A stretch of DNA of 64,000 nt. Source: an uncultured Anaerolineaceae bacterium (lineage in GTDB: Bacteria > Chloroflexota > Anaerolineae > Anaerolineales > Anaerolineaceae). A program made the translations under genes and the position numbers. Location of the stretch: contig CAZHMZ010000003.1 in the NCBI GenBank assembly GCA_964532655.1, positions 8 through 64,007 on the forward strand, written 5' to 3'. The first letter of the stretch is position 1, and each line of letters starts with the position of its first letter. Below are positions 50,421 through 59,564 of the stretch, in pieces. The notes beneath the pieces were generated by a model, which ran no database searches, was not told where the DNA came from, and saw only the letters and a list, made by a program, of their open reading frames with translations.

Positions 50421-51293
50421 TTAACTCACTCCCAGCTTATTGATGATCCTGACAATATCTGAAGGGCTGTAAGCAATCTTCACTCCGGCTGCCTCCAGTG
50501 CGTCAATTTTGCTTTGTGCTGTACCCACCTTACCCTCCACAATCGCTCCGGCGTGACCCATTTGAGTACCCTCCGGGGCGTATCTTCCAACGATCAGGCT
50601 GATAACGGGCTTGCTGACATGTTCGCGGATATAGTCTGCCGCATCAATTTCCATACGGCCCCCAACCTCACCCAGCATCACAATTACCTTCGTTTCCGGA
50701 TCCGCCTCGAAACGCTTCAGCACTTCGATTTGTGATAATCCCCAGTACGGCCCACCGCCAATTCCAACCACCGTCGTTTGTCCGATGCCGTTTTCGGTTA
50801 ATTCTTTTCCGACTTCGTACGACAGTGCCCCGCTCTTGGATAGAATCCCCACAAAGCCTTCTTTGTAGAATTTATGCGGATGAACACCCAGTTTGCATTT
50901 CCCTGGAGAAATCAGGCCTGCGGTATCCGGACCGACGACAACCGAATTCTTTTCTCGGGCATAATTGATGATGGTCAGCATGTCACGATCAGGGATGCCT
51001 TCAGAGGTAATGACCTGAAGTCCGATCCCTGCATCAATCACTTCCAACGCCGCATCTTTTGCGAAACGGGCAGGCACAAACCCGAAGGCAGCGTCGATTT
51101 TATGTTCTGCCACAGCTTCTTTGACAAAATCATAGACCGGGATCCCAAATATTTCTGTTCCGCCTTTTCCCGGGGTAATACCTGCCACGATCCTGGTTCC
51201 GTATTCCTGCATGATCCTGGTCTGGAATGATCCAACATTACCGGTAATTCCCTGGATCAGCACATTTGTGTTTTGATCAATTAAGATAGCCAT
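50421..51293 (-). CDS. sucD: Succinyl-CoA synthetase alpha-subunit-type protein (CoA-binding, phosphohistidine)
   Basis: 290 aa with VLIQGITGNVGSF and the phosphohistidine loop MGHAGAIV. Confidence 0.88.
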   Translation of the reverse strand: MAILIDQNTNVLIQGITGNVGSFQTRIMQEYGTRIVAGITPGKGGTEIFGIPVYDFVKEAVAEHKIDAAFGFVPARFAKDAALEVIDAGIGLQVITSEGIPDRDMLTIINYAREKNSVVVGPDTAGLISPGKCKLGVHPHKFYKEGFVGILSKSGALSYEVGKELTENGIGQTTVVGIGGGPYWGLSQIEVLKRFEADPETKVIVMLGEVGGRMEIDAADYIREHVSKPVISLIVGRYAPEGTQMGHAGAIVEGKVGTAQSKIDALEAAGVKIAYSPSDIVRIINKLGVS

Positions 51294-51298
51294 CTTCT

Positions 51299-52432
51299 CT
51301 ATTTCCCTGCCAGCGAAACAGCTTCTTTTACTGCACTGGTCAAGCTGTAGAATGTTGAGAGTCCGACCTGTTGTAAAATGCTCCGGCCTTCATCTTCTTT
51401 GGTCCCGCACATACGAACAACAAAAGGAACCGTCATGCCTTTCTCCCTGACGTACATCGCAATTCCGTCAGCCATTTCATCCATACGTGTCATTCCACCA
51501 ATCAGGGAGATCAATAACACTTTCACCGACGGATTTGCCAGTACAACCTTAATTGCCTTACAGACCGATTCCGGGTTTGCCAGGCCACCCAGTTCACAGA
51601 AGTTCGCTGGCCGCCCGCCTTCATCATTCACCAGATCGAGCGTCAGCATGCCGGTGCCGGCCCCATCCGTCAACATACCCACATTACCATCCAGTTGAAC
51701 GAATTTCACCCCATTTTCCTTCGCCATTTTTTCGGCAGTACTGGTAACCTTGTTTAAACGATATTTTTGTTGTGTTCTGATTTGTTGATAAAATTCAGGG
51801 TTCTGAGATTCTGCCTTATTGTCAATCTCGATTTTTCCATCCAGCGCCAGCAATCCTTTTTCGGTCATTGCCAGCGGATTGATCTCTACCAGAGTCGCGT
51901 TTTTTTCAACGAGGATCTCAAACAATCCCTGGATCGCCTTCTTCAGTTCTTTTGTACCGGCCAGCCCGAGATACTTCGCCAGATAACGCACCATGAAATC
52001 CTGGACACCCAGGAAATAATCCAGTTGGATTTTGATGATCTTCTCAGGATTATTTTTCGCTACCTGCTCAATATCCATACCGCCCATCGGGCTGGCGACA
52101 ATGATTGAATTATTTGTTTGTTTGTCAAACAGCAGTGACAGATAGATTTCCTGGCTGGTCTTAACAGGTTCTTCCACCAGCACAGTCTGTGTGTTGTATC
52201 CGCGGATGTCTGAATTTTGATACTTTTCAAAAATCTCGACCGCTTCATTTCCATGGTTCGCTAATTTAATGCCTCCTGCCTTGCCTCTTCCTCCAATCGG
52301 GATCTGGGCTTTAATCATGGCAGGATACTGGCACTTCTGGAGCTCTTCCTTTGTCGAGACTACCATCGACTCCGGTACCGGAATGCCATGTTCTTTAAAC
52401 AACTGTTTTGCTTGCCATTCGAGTAGTCGCAT
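51299..52432 (-). CDS. sucC: Succinyl-CoA synthetase beta-subunit-type protein (ATP-grasp)
   Basis: 377 aa: MRLLEWQAKQLFKEHGIPVP, IKAQIPIGGRGKAGGIK and a C-terminal ligase-CoA domain. Confidence 0.88.
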   Translation of the reverse strand: MRLLEWQAKQLFKEHGIPVPESMVVSTKEELQKCQYPAMIKAQIPIGGRGKAGGIKLANHGNEAVEIFEKYQNSDIRGYNTQTVLVEEPVKTSQEIYLSLLFDKQTNNSIIVASPMGGMDIEQVAKNNPEKIIKIQLDYFLGVQDFMVRYLAKYLGLAGTKELKKAIQGLFEILVEKNATLVEINPLAMTEKGLLALDGKIEIDNKAESQNPEFYQQIRTQQKYRLNKVTSTAEKMAKENGVKFVQLDGNVGMLTDGAGTGMLTLDLVNDEGGRPANFCELGGLANPESVCKAIKVVLANPSVKVLLISLIGGMTRMDEMADGIAMYVREKGMTVPFVVRMCGTKEDEGRSILQQVGLSTFYSLTSAVKEAVSLAGK

Positions 52433-52435
52433 TCT

Positions 52436-53011
52436 CTACCTTCCTGTACTGCCAATCAATTCTTTCGCAAATTCAATACCCTTACCGGCAGCTTCTAAAT
52501 TTGTGGAAAGAAATTTTGCGGGCACATTTTCCGAAATGATCGCAAATAAATCTTCCTGCGAAACCAGTCCGGTATACTGTTGTAAAAATCCCATCACAAC
52601 CATGTTTGCAGCAATGCGTAAACCCAACTCAGAGGCAATTTCAGTAGCCGGTAATTCATAAATCGTGATATCATCGCGTTGCGGCCTGGTCACCAGTCCG
52701 GGATCCATGATTAAAACTTTTCCGGGTCCCAGGTGGCGAATATAGGTATTCAAAGCCTGCTGTGACATGGAGATCAATATGTCGACTTCGTCCGATGTCG
52801 GAGACAGGATTTCTGCTTTCGAAAGAATCAGTTCGGCCTGACACTGACCGCCACGAGCTTCCGATCCATACGAAGATGTCTGAACGGCGTTGAATCCAGC
52901 CTTAAGGACTGCTGCGGTGCCAAAAATTACGGATGACAGAACGATCCCTTGCCCGCCAAATCCGGTGAAATGGATGGTGGTACGTTGCGATAATGACATC
53001 ATATCTGTCAC
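52436..53011 (-). CDS. 2-oxoacid:ferredoxin oxidoreductase gamma subunit
   Basis: 191 aa with FTGFGGQGIVLSS typical of POR/KGOR gamma. It has a 4-nt overlap with beta. Confidence 0.85.
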   Translation of the reverse strand: MTDMMSLSQRTTIHFTGFGGQGIVLSSVIFGTAAVLKAGFNAVQTSSYGSEARGGQCQAELILSKAEILSPTSDEVDILISMSQQALNTYIRHLGPGKVLIMDPGLVTRPQRDDITIYELPATEIASELGLRIAANMVVMGFLQQYTGLVSQEDLFAIISENVPAKFLSTNLEAAGKGIEFAKELIGSTGR

Positions 53012-53850
53012 CTGTTCTTCCTCTCAACACCAATTACTGAGCTACCCTCAAAGATGGGTTTTTCAATATCTCTGAATATTCCTAAAGCAAAACTGTTTTC
53101 CGCATCAGTTTCCGGTTTCTCGTATGCTTTATCATCGTTAATCGAGTGGTCTTTGATCCATTTGATTGTCTCGGTTGGCACATCAGTACCGATGGCCCGC
53201 CGGCCAAAATTGGTGGGGCATTGTGTGATGATCTCGACAAAAGAAAAACCCTTATGCTGCAAAGCCTTCTTGATGATATTTGTCGCGCTCACCGGCTTGA
53301 CGGTAGTGGTACGGGCAACAAAAGTTGCTCCTGCTGCCATTGTCAGCCTGCACAGATCAAAACTGGGCTCTTCATTTCCATAAGGGGTGGTCGTCGTGAT
53401 AATCCTGGGCAGCGTCGTTGGAGCTACCTGGCCACCGGTCATGGCAAAATTGAGATTGTTCGAGACAATCATGGTCACATCCAGATTACGTCTCGCCGCC
53501 TGGATCAGGTGATTTCCGCCAATGGCTGCCGCATCACCATCCCCTGAAAAAATGACCACTTTCAAGTCCGGGTTGGTTAATTTGATGCCGGTCGCCCAGG
53601 CCAGGGTACGACCGTGTACCCCATGCAACGTCTCGGTGCGCATGTAAACCGGTATGCGGGCGGTACAGCCCACACCGCCAATGGTCACCAGTTGATCAAA
53701 ATCCAGGTGTAAGTCATCTGCAGCTTTGAGAAAGAAATTCAACACCTGCGCTGATCCGCAGCCGGAACAAAAAAAGTGAGGCAGGCTTCCTTCTCTGAGG
53801 TATTTCTTTAAGGGATGTGTCATTTCAGGGATCATGGGTTGAGTTGTCAT
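53008..53850 (-). CDS. 2-oxoacid:ferredoxin oxidoreductase beta subunit (TPP-binding)
   Basis: 280 aa with FCSGCGS and the TPP motif SGDGDAAAIGGNH. It has a 4-nt overlap with alpha. Confidence 0.9.
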   Translation of the reverse strand: MTTQPMIPEMTHPLKKYLREGSLPHFFCSGCGSAQVLNFFLKAADDLHLDFDQLVTIGGVGCTARIPVYMRTETLHGVHGRTLAWATGIKLTNPDLKVVIFSGDGDAAAIGGNHLIQAARRNLDVTMIVSNNLNFAMTGGQVAPTTLPRIITTTTPYGNEEPSFDLCRLTMAAGATFVARTTTVKPVSATNIIKKALQHKGFSFVEIITQCPTNFGRRAIGTDVPTETIKWIKDHSINDDKAYEKPETDAENSFALGIFRDIEKPIFEGSSVIGVERKNR

Positions 53851-54995
53851 AGAGCTGCCTCAATTTCTGACTGGATCTCCTTCGGGGTATGAATGATGCC
53901 GCGATTCTTGGTTATTCGCTGCACTTCACACTGTCCATTGCAGGCTCTTTCGATTTCCATGGAATACTTGCCGATATTCATTTCCACAGAAAAAATCTTT
54001 CTACACTGGCGTGCTAAAGTCGAAATTTCTCGTTCAGGAACCGGCCACACATTTTCCAGCTTCAGCAAACCAATCTTGTGGCCTTTTGCGCGTAAAGTGT
54101 TGACCACCTCTAATGCCGGCCGGCTTTCGCTTCCATATGCAATCACCCCGTAATCGGCATCGTCAAGGTAGAAAGCCTTCGTTCGAACGATATCATCGTA
54201 ATGAGCCTGTACCTTACCGGTGATCCGTGAATACAACCTTTCAAATACATCAGGATCCCAGTGAATACCCCCGGCTTCATCATGCGGGTTAAGGGAGTGT
54301 AAAATTGCGTAACCTTCTCCAAAATCCGGCAGCGGAGGAACGCCATTTTTCTCAGCCTTGAAGGGGAGAAACTGATCTGGAGATACTTCCGGTTTCTTCC
54401 GGTGCACAATTTCGATTTCTTCTTCAGCAGGGATTACCAGTTTTTCACGCATGAGTGCAATGGTGGTTTCTGACATGACCGATACCGGCATACGGTATTT
54501 TTCAGCCAGGTTGAATGCGCGAATGGTGAAGTCAAAAAGTTCCTGCACTGAAGACGGTGCCAGAACGATCATTTCATGATCGCCGCTTGGGCCCCAACGG
54601 AATTGCATCACATCGGCCTGAGTGGCATAATTTTCTCCCCGGCAGCGCATAACATTGACGATGACGGCCGGGATCTCGCTGGCAATCATGTAACCAATGC
54701 CTTCCTGCATATAGTTATATCCGGCGCTGGCTGTTGCAGTCATTGCCCGGGCGCCGGCAAGAGAAGCACCGCTCAAAGCATAAATCGAGCATAGTTCATC
54801 TTCGCCCTGCAAAAATCGCCCACCCACTTCGGGCAGCCGGCGAGACATATGTTCGGAGATTTCATTGGCCGGGGTAATAGGGTATCCTGCAAAAAAGTCA
54901 CACCCGGCAGCCAGGGCGCCTTCCACCACGGCGAAATTCCCCAGCATAAAATGGGTACCGGTCATCACGCGTTGATTCGTATCTTGTTTTCTCAT
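53847..54995 (-). CDS. 2-oxoacid:ferredoxin oxidoreductase alpha subunit
   Basis: 382 aa with GNFAVVEGALAAGCDFFAGYPITPANEI, typical of KorA/PorA. Confidence 0.9.
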   Translation of the reverse strand: MRKQDTNQRVMTGTHFMLGNFAVVEGALAAGCDFFAGYPITPANEISEHMSRRLPEVGGRFLQGEDELCSIYALSGASLAGARAMTATASAGYNYMQEGIGYMIASEIPAVIVNVMRCRGENYATQADVMQFRWGPSGDHEMIVLAPSSVQELFDFTIRAFNLAEKYRMPVSVMSETTIALMREKLVIPAEEEIEIVHRKKPEVSPDQFLPFKAEKNGVPPLPDFGEGYAILHSLNPHDEAGGIHWDPDVFERLYSRITGKVQAHYDDIVRTKAFYLDDADYGVIAYGSESRPALEVVNTLRAKGHKIGLLKLENVWPVPEREISTLARQCRKIFSVEMNIGKYSMEIERACNGQCEVQRITKNRGIIHTPKEIQSEIEAAL

Positions 54996-55008
54996 CCCGG
55001 TTCACCAC

Positions 55009-56175
55009 TTATATTCGATCGAGAGTTTCGTTGATGCGCTTGATACCTTCGACAATATTTTCTTTTGATGTCGAATAACAAAGTCTCAGATACCCCTCGC
55101 CGCATGCTCCAAAGGCCGAACCGGGTACGGTGGCTACATGGGCTTTTGCTAACAGCAAATTAGCCAGATCCACACCCGGGATATTCACCTTATAGGATGG
55201 GAAGGTATAGAATGCGCCTTCGGGGACAAAACAATCAAAGTGTTTTGATTCCTGCAGCAACCTGACCATCAGATCTCTGCGTTCCCGATATCCCTTTGCC
55301 ATGGCCTGTGAGGCACGTTTTGATTCATCATTTTTCAATGCCTCGATGGCGCCAGCCTGAGCGAATGCTGTAACACACGTGGCTGAATGCTGGTAAACCT
55401 TAACCATTCCCTCCAATATTGCTTTGGGACCGGTTACATAACCCAGACGCCAGCCGGTCATCGCATGACTCTTGGAGAAGGCATTGACTGTGATGACATT
55501 GTCAAATTCGGATGCAGCACTGTAATGCTGGCCTTCATACAGCAGATATTCGTAAACTTCGTCGCATAAAACCAGGCTGCCATTTGAGCGGGCTAATTCG
55601 ACGATTTCACGAATGGTAGATCGGTCATACACCGCGCCAGTTGGGTTACATGGTGTGTTGATCACCACGACCTTGACGCGGGGTGTCAGCGTACGTTTGA
55701 TCAAATCAATATCCGGGCGAAATCCATTCTCTGCGGTGGATGGGATATGGATTGTGGTCCCGCCAGCCATCTGAACCATTGACTGATAGGATACCCATGC
55801 AGGATCCAGAACCATTACTTGATCACCCTGTGAAAGAAGCGCCTGAAATACCAAATAAATGGCAAATTTGCCACCCGGGGTAACAATGATATCTTCTGAG
55901 GAAACCTGAATACCGTTTTCTTTTTGGAACTTTTTCGCAATCAAATCTCGAAGCTCAGGATCTCCGTTGGTCGGTTCATATTTCGTCTTGCCTCGTTCCA
56001 ATGCAAGCTGGGCTGCCCGAACAATATTCTCTGGCGTGTTAAAACAAGGTTCACCACCCCCAAACGGGATGATGTCTGTTACACCTTCCTGTTTCATTCG
56101 TTTTACGATATTGTCCACTTCATCGGTTGCGGATAATTCGAGCCTTTCAACCTTGTCTGCTAAATGCAATTCCAT
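55009..56175 (-). CDS. PLP-dependent aminotransferase class I/II (aspartate/aromatic aminotransferase type)
   Basis: 388 aa with NPCNPTG, the SKSHAMTGWRLGY Lys-PLP region and a terminal R..YS motif. Confidence 0.9.
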   Translation of the reverse strand: MELHLADKVERLELSATDEVDNIVKRMKQEGVTDIIPFGGGEPCFNTPENIVRAAQLALERGKTKYEPTNGDPELRDLIAKKFQKENGIQVSSEDIIVTPGGKFAIYLVFQALLSQGDQVMVLDPAWVSYQSMVQMAGGTTIHIPSTAENGFRPDIDLIKRTLTPRVKVVVINTPCNPTGAVYDRSTIREIVELARSNGSLVLCDEVYEYLLYEGQHYSAASEFDNVITVNAFSKSHAMTGWRLGYVTGPKAILEGMVKVYQHSATCVTAFAQAGAIEALKNDESKRASQAMAKGYRERRDLMVRLLQESKHFDCFVPEGAFYTFPSYKVNIPGVDLANLLLAKAHVATVPGSAFGACGEGYLRLCYSTSKENIVEGIKRINETLDRI

Positions 56176-56236
56176 TGAGACTCCTCACGTAAAAGCTGAT
56201 ATATCGATAATTCCTGGATACAAAATCGTATCATTT

Positions 56237-56285
56237 ATATCCTATAGGATATTTGTATTATCGATGCTCCCGCCAGATGAGTCAA
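56237..56285 (-). promoter_or_regulatory. Promoter TTGACT-17-GATAAT plus 16-bp perfect palindromic operator ATATCCTATAGGATAT
   Basis: On the minus strand the -35 is at 56285-56280 and the -10 at 56262-56257. The palindrome at 56252-56237 starts 4 nt after the -10, over the predicted transcription start and 62 bp upstream of the aminotransferase ATG. Confidence 0.6.
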
Positions 56286-56470
56286 ATAACATTTGTCATC
56301 ATCTTTTGTGACTAATTTATAAGGGGGGATTGTTATTGGTTTACCGGTCTGAATTGTGTAAATTATCAGCTTTTTGATAATGCTTTTCGATTTAAATTAA
56401 GAATTTGATCGAGAGAATTACACAAATCTCAACCAATTATTTTGAGTACGGTGAGTGTGAACCCGGATAT

Positions 56471-56503
56471 AAAAAACAGCCGGAGATGTGTCCTCAGGCT
56501 GTT
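56471..56503 (-). terminator. Rho-independent terminator after the GntR gene
   Basis: Minus strand reads AACAGCC-loop-GGCTGTT followed by TTTTTT. Confidence 0.65.
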
Positions 56504-56570
56504 TTGAATGGCGATGGATCAGGGTCAATCAAAGGCCGTTAATTGTTCAGAAAAATGGAAGATGGTCCTG

Positions 56571-57317
56571 CTATTCCTCTGCTTTTGGAAGGCGCTTCAG
56601 TGCAGCCAAAGTACGGACTTTCCCATCCACCAGATGTTTGTTCAGATATTGTGAGGCCAGTGAATGATCCTGCTGTTTCATGGCCGCAACAATCTGGAAA
56701 TGCTCCTCAATAATCCGCAAGATTTCCTGGGCATCTCCCGTCACCTCAACGAGTGACCGAATGCGAATTGAACGATCGTGCACTCGGCTGGCCAGTTGCC
56801 AGAAAAACGCATTCCCAGTGGACGAAAGAATCATCCTGTGCAAACGAATATCCGATTCCAGATGAGGAGCGAAATTTTTATTTGCAGCTTCGGAATAAGC
56901 AGTTTGGAGGCTCTTTTCCACTTCCTCGATTTGCTCGATGGAAATGTGATCAATTGAATGTTGAATCGCCCAGGGTTCAACAAGCAAGCGCATATCATAG
57001 AGCTCTTCTACATCTTTGGTTTCAATGTTGACAACCCTCGGGTTTCGATACTGGCTGGTACTGACCAGTCCATCCAACTCCAACATCCCCAAGGCTTCCC
57101 GGATGGGGGTCTGGCTGACGCCCAACACCTCTGCCAAACGGTCGATCACAATCACCTGCCCCGGGAACAATTTGTTCTGGAGGATCAGATTCTTGATTGA
57201 ATCGTAAACCCGTTCGCGCAGCGGGATATCTAAAATTTTTGGTATATCACCTGCTGGCAGTTTTTCTTTCACTTCATACACATCCTGTTCAAAGTTTTTC
57301 CATAAAAACTCGATCAA
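56571..57317 (-). CDS. GntR-family transcriptional regulator, FadR subfamily (FCD C-terminal domain)
   Basis: The winged HTH is LAEVLGVSQTPIREALGMLELDGLV. An all-helical C-terminal domain carries conserved His residues. The ORF-track start is a TTG, so the start is uncertain and may be one of the downstream GTG codons. Confidence 0.85.
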   Translation of the reverse strand: MIEFLWKNFEQDVYEVKEKLPAGDIPKILDIPLRERVYDSIKNLILQNKLFPGQVIVIDRLAEVLGVSQTPIREALGMLELDGLVSTSQYRNPRVVNIETKDVEELYDMRLLVEPWAIQHSIDHISIEQIEEVEKSLQTAYSEAANKNFAPHLESDIRLHRMILSSTGNAFFWQLASRVHDRSIRIRSLVEVTGDAQEILRIIEEHFQIVAAMKQQDHSLASQYLNKHLVDGKVRTLAALKRLPKAEE

Positions 57318-57398
57318 ACCAATAACAGCGCGCGATTAGGTGCGCCGGTAAATTTCAACTTTATAAAATATCAAATGAGCCCCCCGGATGACATGTGC

Positions 57399-57439
57399 AT
57401 TATACCAACGAAAGTCATAAAACATAAGAAATAGGATAT
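57399..57439 (-). promoter_or_regulatory. Extended -10 promoter (TGGTATAAT) of the GntR gene with an upstream operator-like site ATATCCTATTTCTTAT
   Basis: The -10 is at 57404-57399 with TG two nt upstream. The site at 57439-57424 matches the left half of the palindrome 9/9 and the whole palindrome 12/16. Confidence 0.45.
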
Positions 57440-57443
57440 ATGA

Positions 57444-57476
57444 GTTTCCGGCAGGAAAGGTTTTCCTGCCGGAAAC
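57444..57476 (-). terminator. 15-bp perfect hairpin after the aminopeptidase gene (no clear U-tract)
   Basis: GTTTCCGGCAGGAAA-ggt-TTTCCTGCCGGAAAC, 8 nt past the stop at 57484. Confidence 0.55.
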
Positions 57477-57483
57477 TGTTACA

Positions 57484-58998
57484 CTAATTCACCCAGTTAA
57501 CAAGAAACTGGGTCAACAAACGCGAACCAATCCCTGTCGCATATCCCTGGCGATAAAAAGATCCCTTCTCCAGAGATACAAGACCTGCAATATCAAGATG
57601 AGCCCATTCGTATTCGTTCACGAACTCTTCAAGGAATTTTGCGGCCACAATAGCCCCGCCGGCTTTTCCGCCTGTGTTTTTCATATCCGCGATATGGCTG
57701 TTCAGCGCATCGCGATATTCTGAAAACAGCGGCATACGCCAGGCTCGCTCATAGGTAATTTCACCAGCCCGGGTAATCTTGCCGGCCAGTTGGTCACTGT
57801 TGCTGAAAAGACCGATCGCATGATCCCCCAGACCGACCGTGCGTGCGCCGGTTAGCGTGGCAATATCAATCACAGCTTTGGCCTGATATCGATCCGCATA
57901 ACAAAGTGCATCCCCCAGGATCAGCCTGCCTTCAGAATCGGTATTGATCACTTCAACGGTTTTCCCATTCATCAGCCGGATGACATCCGAAGGCCGGAAT
58001 GAGTTCCCGCCGGGCATATTTTCGGTTGTTGGGATGAGAACTACAAGATGAATCGGAAGATCCATGAGTGCAGCCGATTTCATGGCACCCATCACAGCCG
58101 CAGCGCCAGACATGTCGGTTTTCATCCGTTCCATTCCATCGGCGGGTTTGATGGAGATGCCACCGCTGTCAAAAGTAACGCCTTTACCAATCAAAACAAT
58201 CGTATCCAAATCAGGCTTATCGCTGTTATGCTCCAAAACGATAAATTTCGCCGGTTCGGTTGATCCCGCTGATACTGCCAGCACACCACCCATGCCCAAT
58301 TTTCGCATATCCTCTTCCTCAAGAATCTGACACTTGAGATTCAATTCCTGAGCGAGCTGCGTTGCCTGTAATGCTAAAAATCCGGGGGTAGCACAATTAG
58401 CCGGGTAATTCACCAGATCCCTTGCCAGGTATACACCCGCTGAAAATTTTCTGGCCATGGAGATGGCATTCTGGTTATGAGGTGAATCTAGAGAATCATC
58501 CACTACAAGATTCAGCGAGAGATCTGCTCTCTTCTCGAAATGAGATTTATATTCAGCAAACTGATAAAGGAACAATTCCACACCAATCAGGAATTCTTTC
58601 ACGATATCTGATCGACTGAGAACTCCATTGTCGAGGGTGTGCACCATGACTGAAGCATTTTGGATTCTCAGATTACTGATTTTCTCTGCAACGGTAGAAC
58701 CAATTTTGCGAATGGTTTCCAGACTCATTTTTTCGGAAGCACCGCAGCCAAGCAGAAATACCCTTGTCGAATGCCCATCCTTTCCAGCATAAAACATTTG
58801 AGTTTCAAACAGTTTTCCCTGAAAATCTTTTTTCGTCAAAGCAGTAAAAATTTGTCCGGATGCCAGGGCATCCAGATCCATTTCAATGGTTGAAAGGCCT
58901 TCCTGATTGAGGTTGCGAAAACAGAAAATTGCTTCTGTTTCATGTTCAAGCACAGAACCATTTGTTACTGTTATTTCTTTTAAACTGGAGATAGACAC
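57484..58998 (-). CDS. pepA: Leucyl aminopeptidase (M17)
   Basis: M17 signature NTDSEGRLILGDAL, plus VLIGKGVTFDSGG and MKTDMSGAA. The ORF track starts at TTG 59031. GTG 58998 lies 5 nt after AAGGAAG and is preferred. Confidence 0.9.
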   Translation of the reverse strand: MSISSLKEITVTNGSVLEHETEAIFCFRNLNQEGLSTIEMDLDALASGQIFTALTKKDFQGKLFETQMFYAGKDGHSTRVFLLGCGASEKMSLETIRKIGSTVAEKISNLRIQNASVMVHTLDNGVLSRSDIVKEFLIGVELFLYQFAEYKSHFEKRADLSLNLVVDDSLDSPHNQNAISMARKFSAGVYLARDLVNYPANCATPGFLALQATQLAQELNLKCQILEEEDMRKLGMGGVLAVSAGSTEPAKFIVLEHNSDKPDLDTIVLIGKGVTFDSGGISIKPADGMERMKTDMSGAAAVMGAMKSAALMDLPIHLVVLIPTTENMPGGNSFRPSDVIRLMNGKTVEVINTDSEGRLILGDALCYADRYQAKAVIDIATLTGARTVGLGDHAIGLFSNSDQLAGKITRAGEITYERAWRMPLFSEYRDALNSHIADMKNTGGKAGGAIVAAKFLEEFVNEYEWAHLDIAGLVSLEKGSFYRQGYATGIGSRLLTQFLVNWVN

Positions 58999-59108
58999 AA
59001 TTACTTCCTTTTGCTGCCAGAGATCTGGCAATGTAACACTTCAAGTTATCCTGACGGCAGTCTCCATTGTTGTATGAAGATCAAGCCTGGTTCAACCCGG
59101 CCCAATAT

Positions 59109-59480
59109 TTACAGTGCAGCCATCAAATCAATTTCTACAATGAAAACGGGGTTTGAGAGCTCTTTAACACCCACGGTGGTGCGGGAAGGAGCGTTATCAG
59201 GGAAGAATTCTTTGTAAACTTCATTCATTCCGCTGAAATCGCTGATATTGGTCAGATAGATATTGACTTTGACAACATCTTCAAAGGACGAACCAGAGTC
59301 TTCAACCAGCTTCTTTAAATTATTGAGCACCAGTCTGGTCTGTTCTTTAATTCCGCCTTCGCCTTTTGCCCCGGTTACAGGATCGACTGCCACATTTCCG
59401 GAAACAAATAAAAATCCATTCGCTTTAACTGCTTTTGAATAAGGTGCACCCGGTTTGTAAAATAATGATTCTTTTTTCAT
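59109..59480 (-). CDS. ridA: RidA/YjgF/L-PSP-family enamine/imine deaminase
   Basis: 123 aa: PYSKAVKANGFLFVSGNVAVDP..., PSRTTVGVKELSNPVFIVEIDLMA. Confidence 0.9.
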   Translation of the reverse strand: MKKESLFYKPGAPYSKAVKANGFLFVSGNVAVDPVTGAKGEGGIKEQTRLVLNNLKKLVEDSGSSFEDVVKVNIYLTNISDFSGMNEVYKEFFPDNAPSRTTVGVKELSNPVFIVEIDLMAAL

Positions 59481-59564
59481 TTTTCCCTTTCCATATTATT
59501 CAGTTTTCTTCATTAATATCTATACGAAAATCTGTCGGGTGATGCAAATCGACAGACAATCTTC

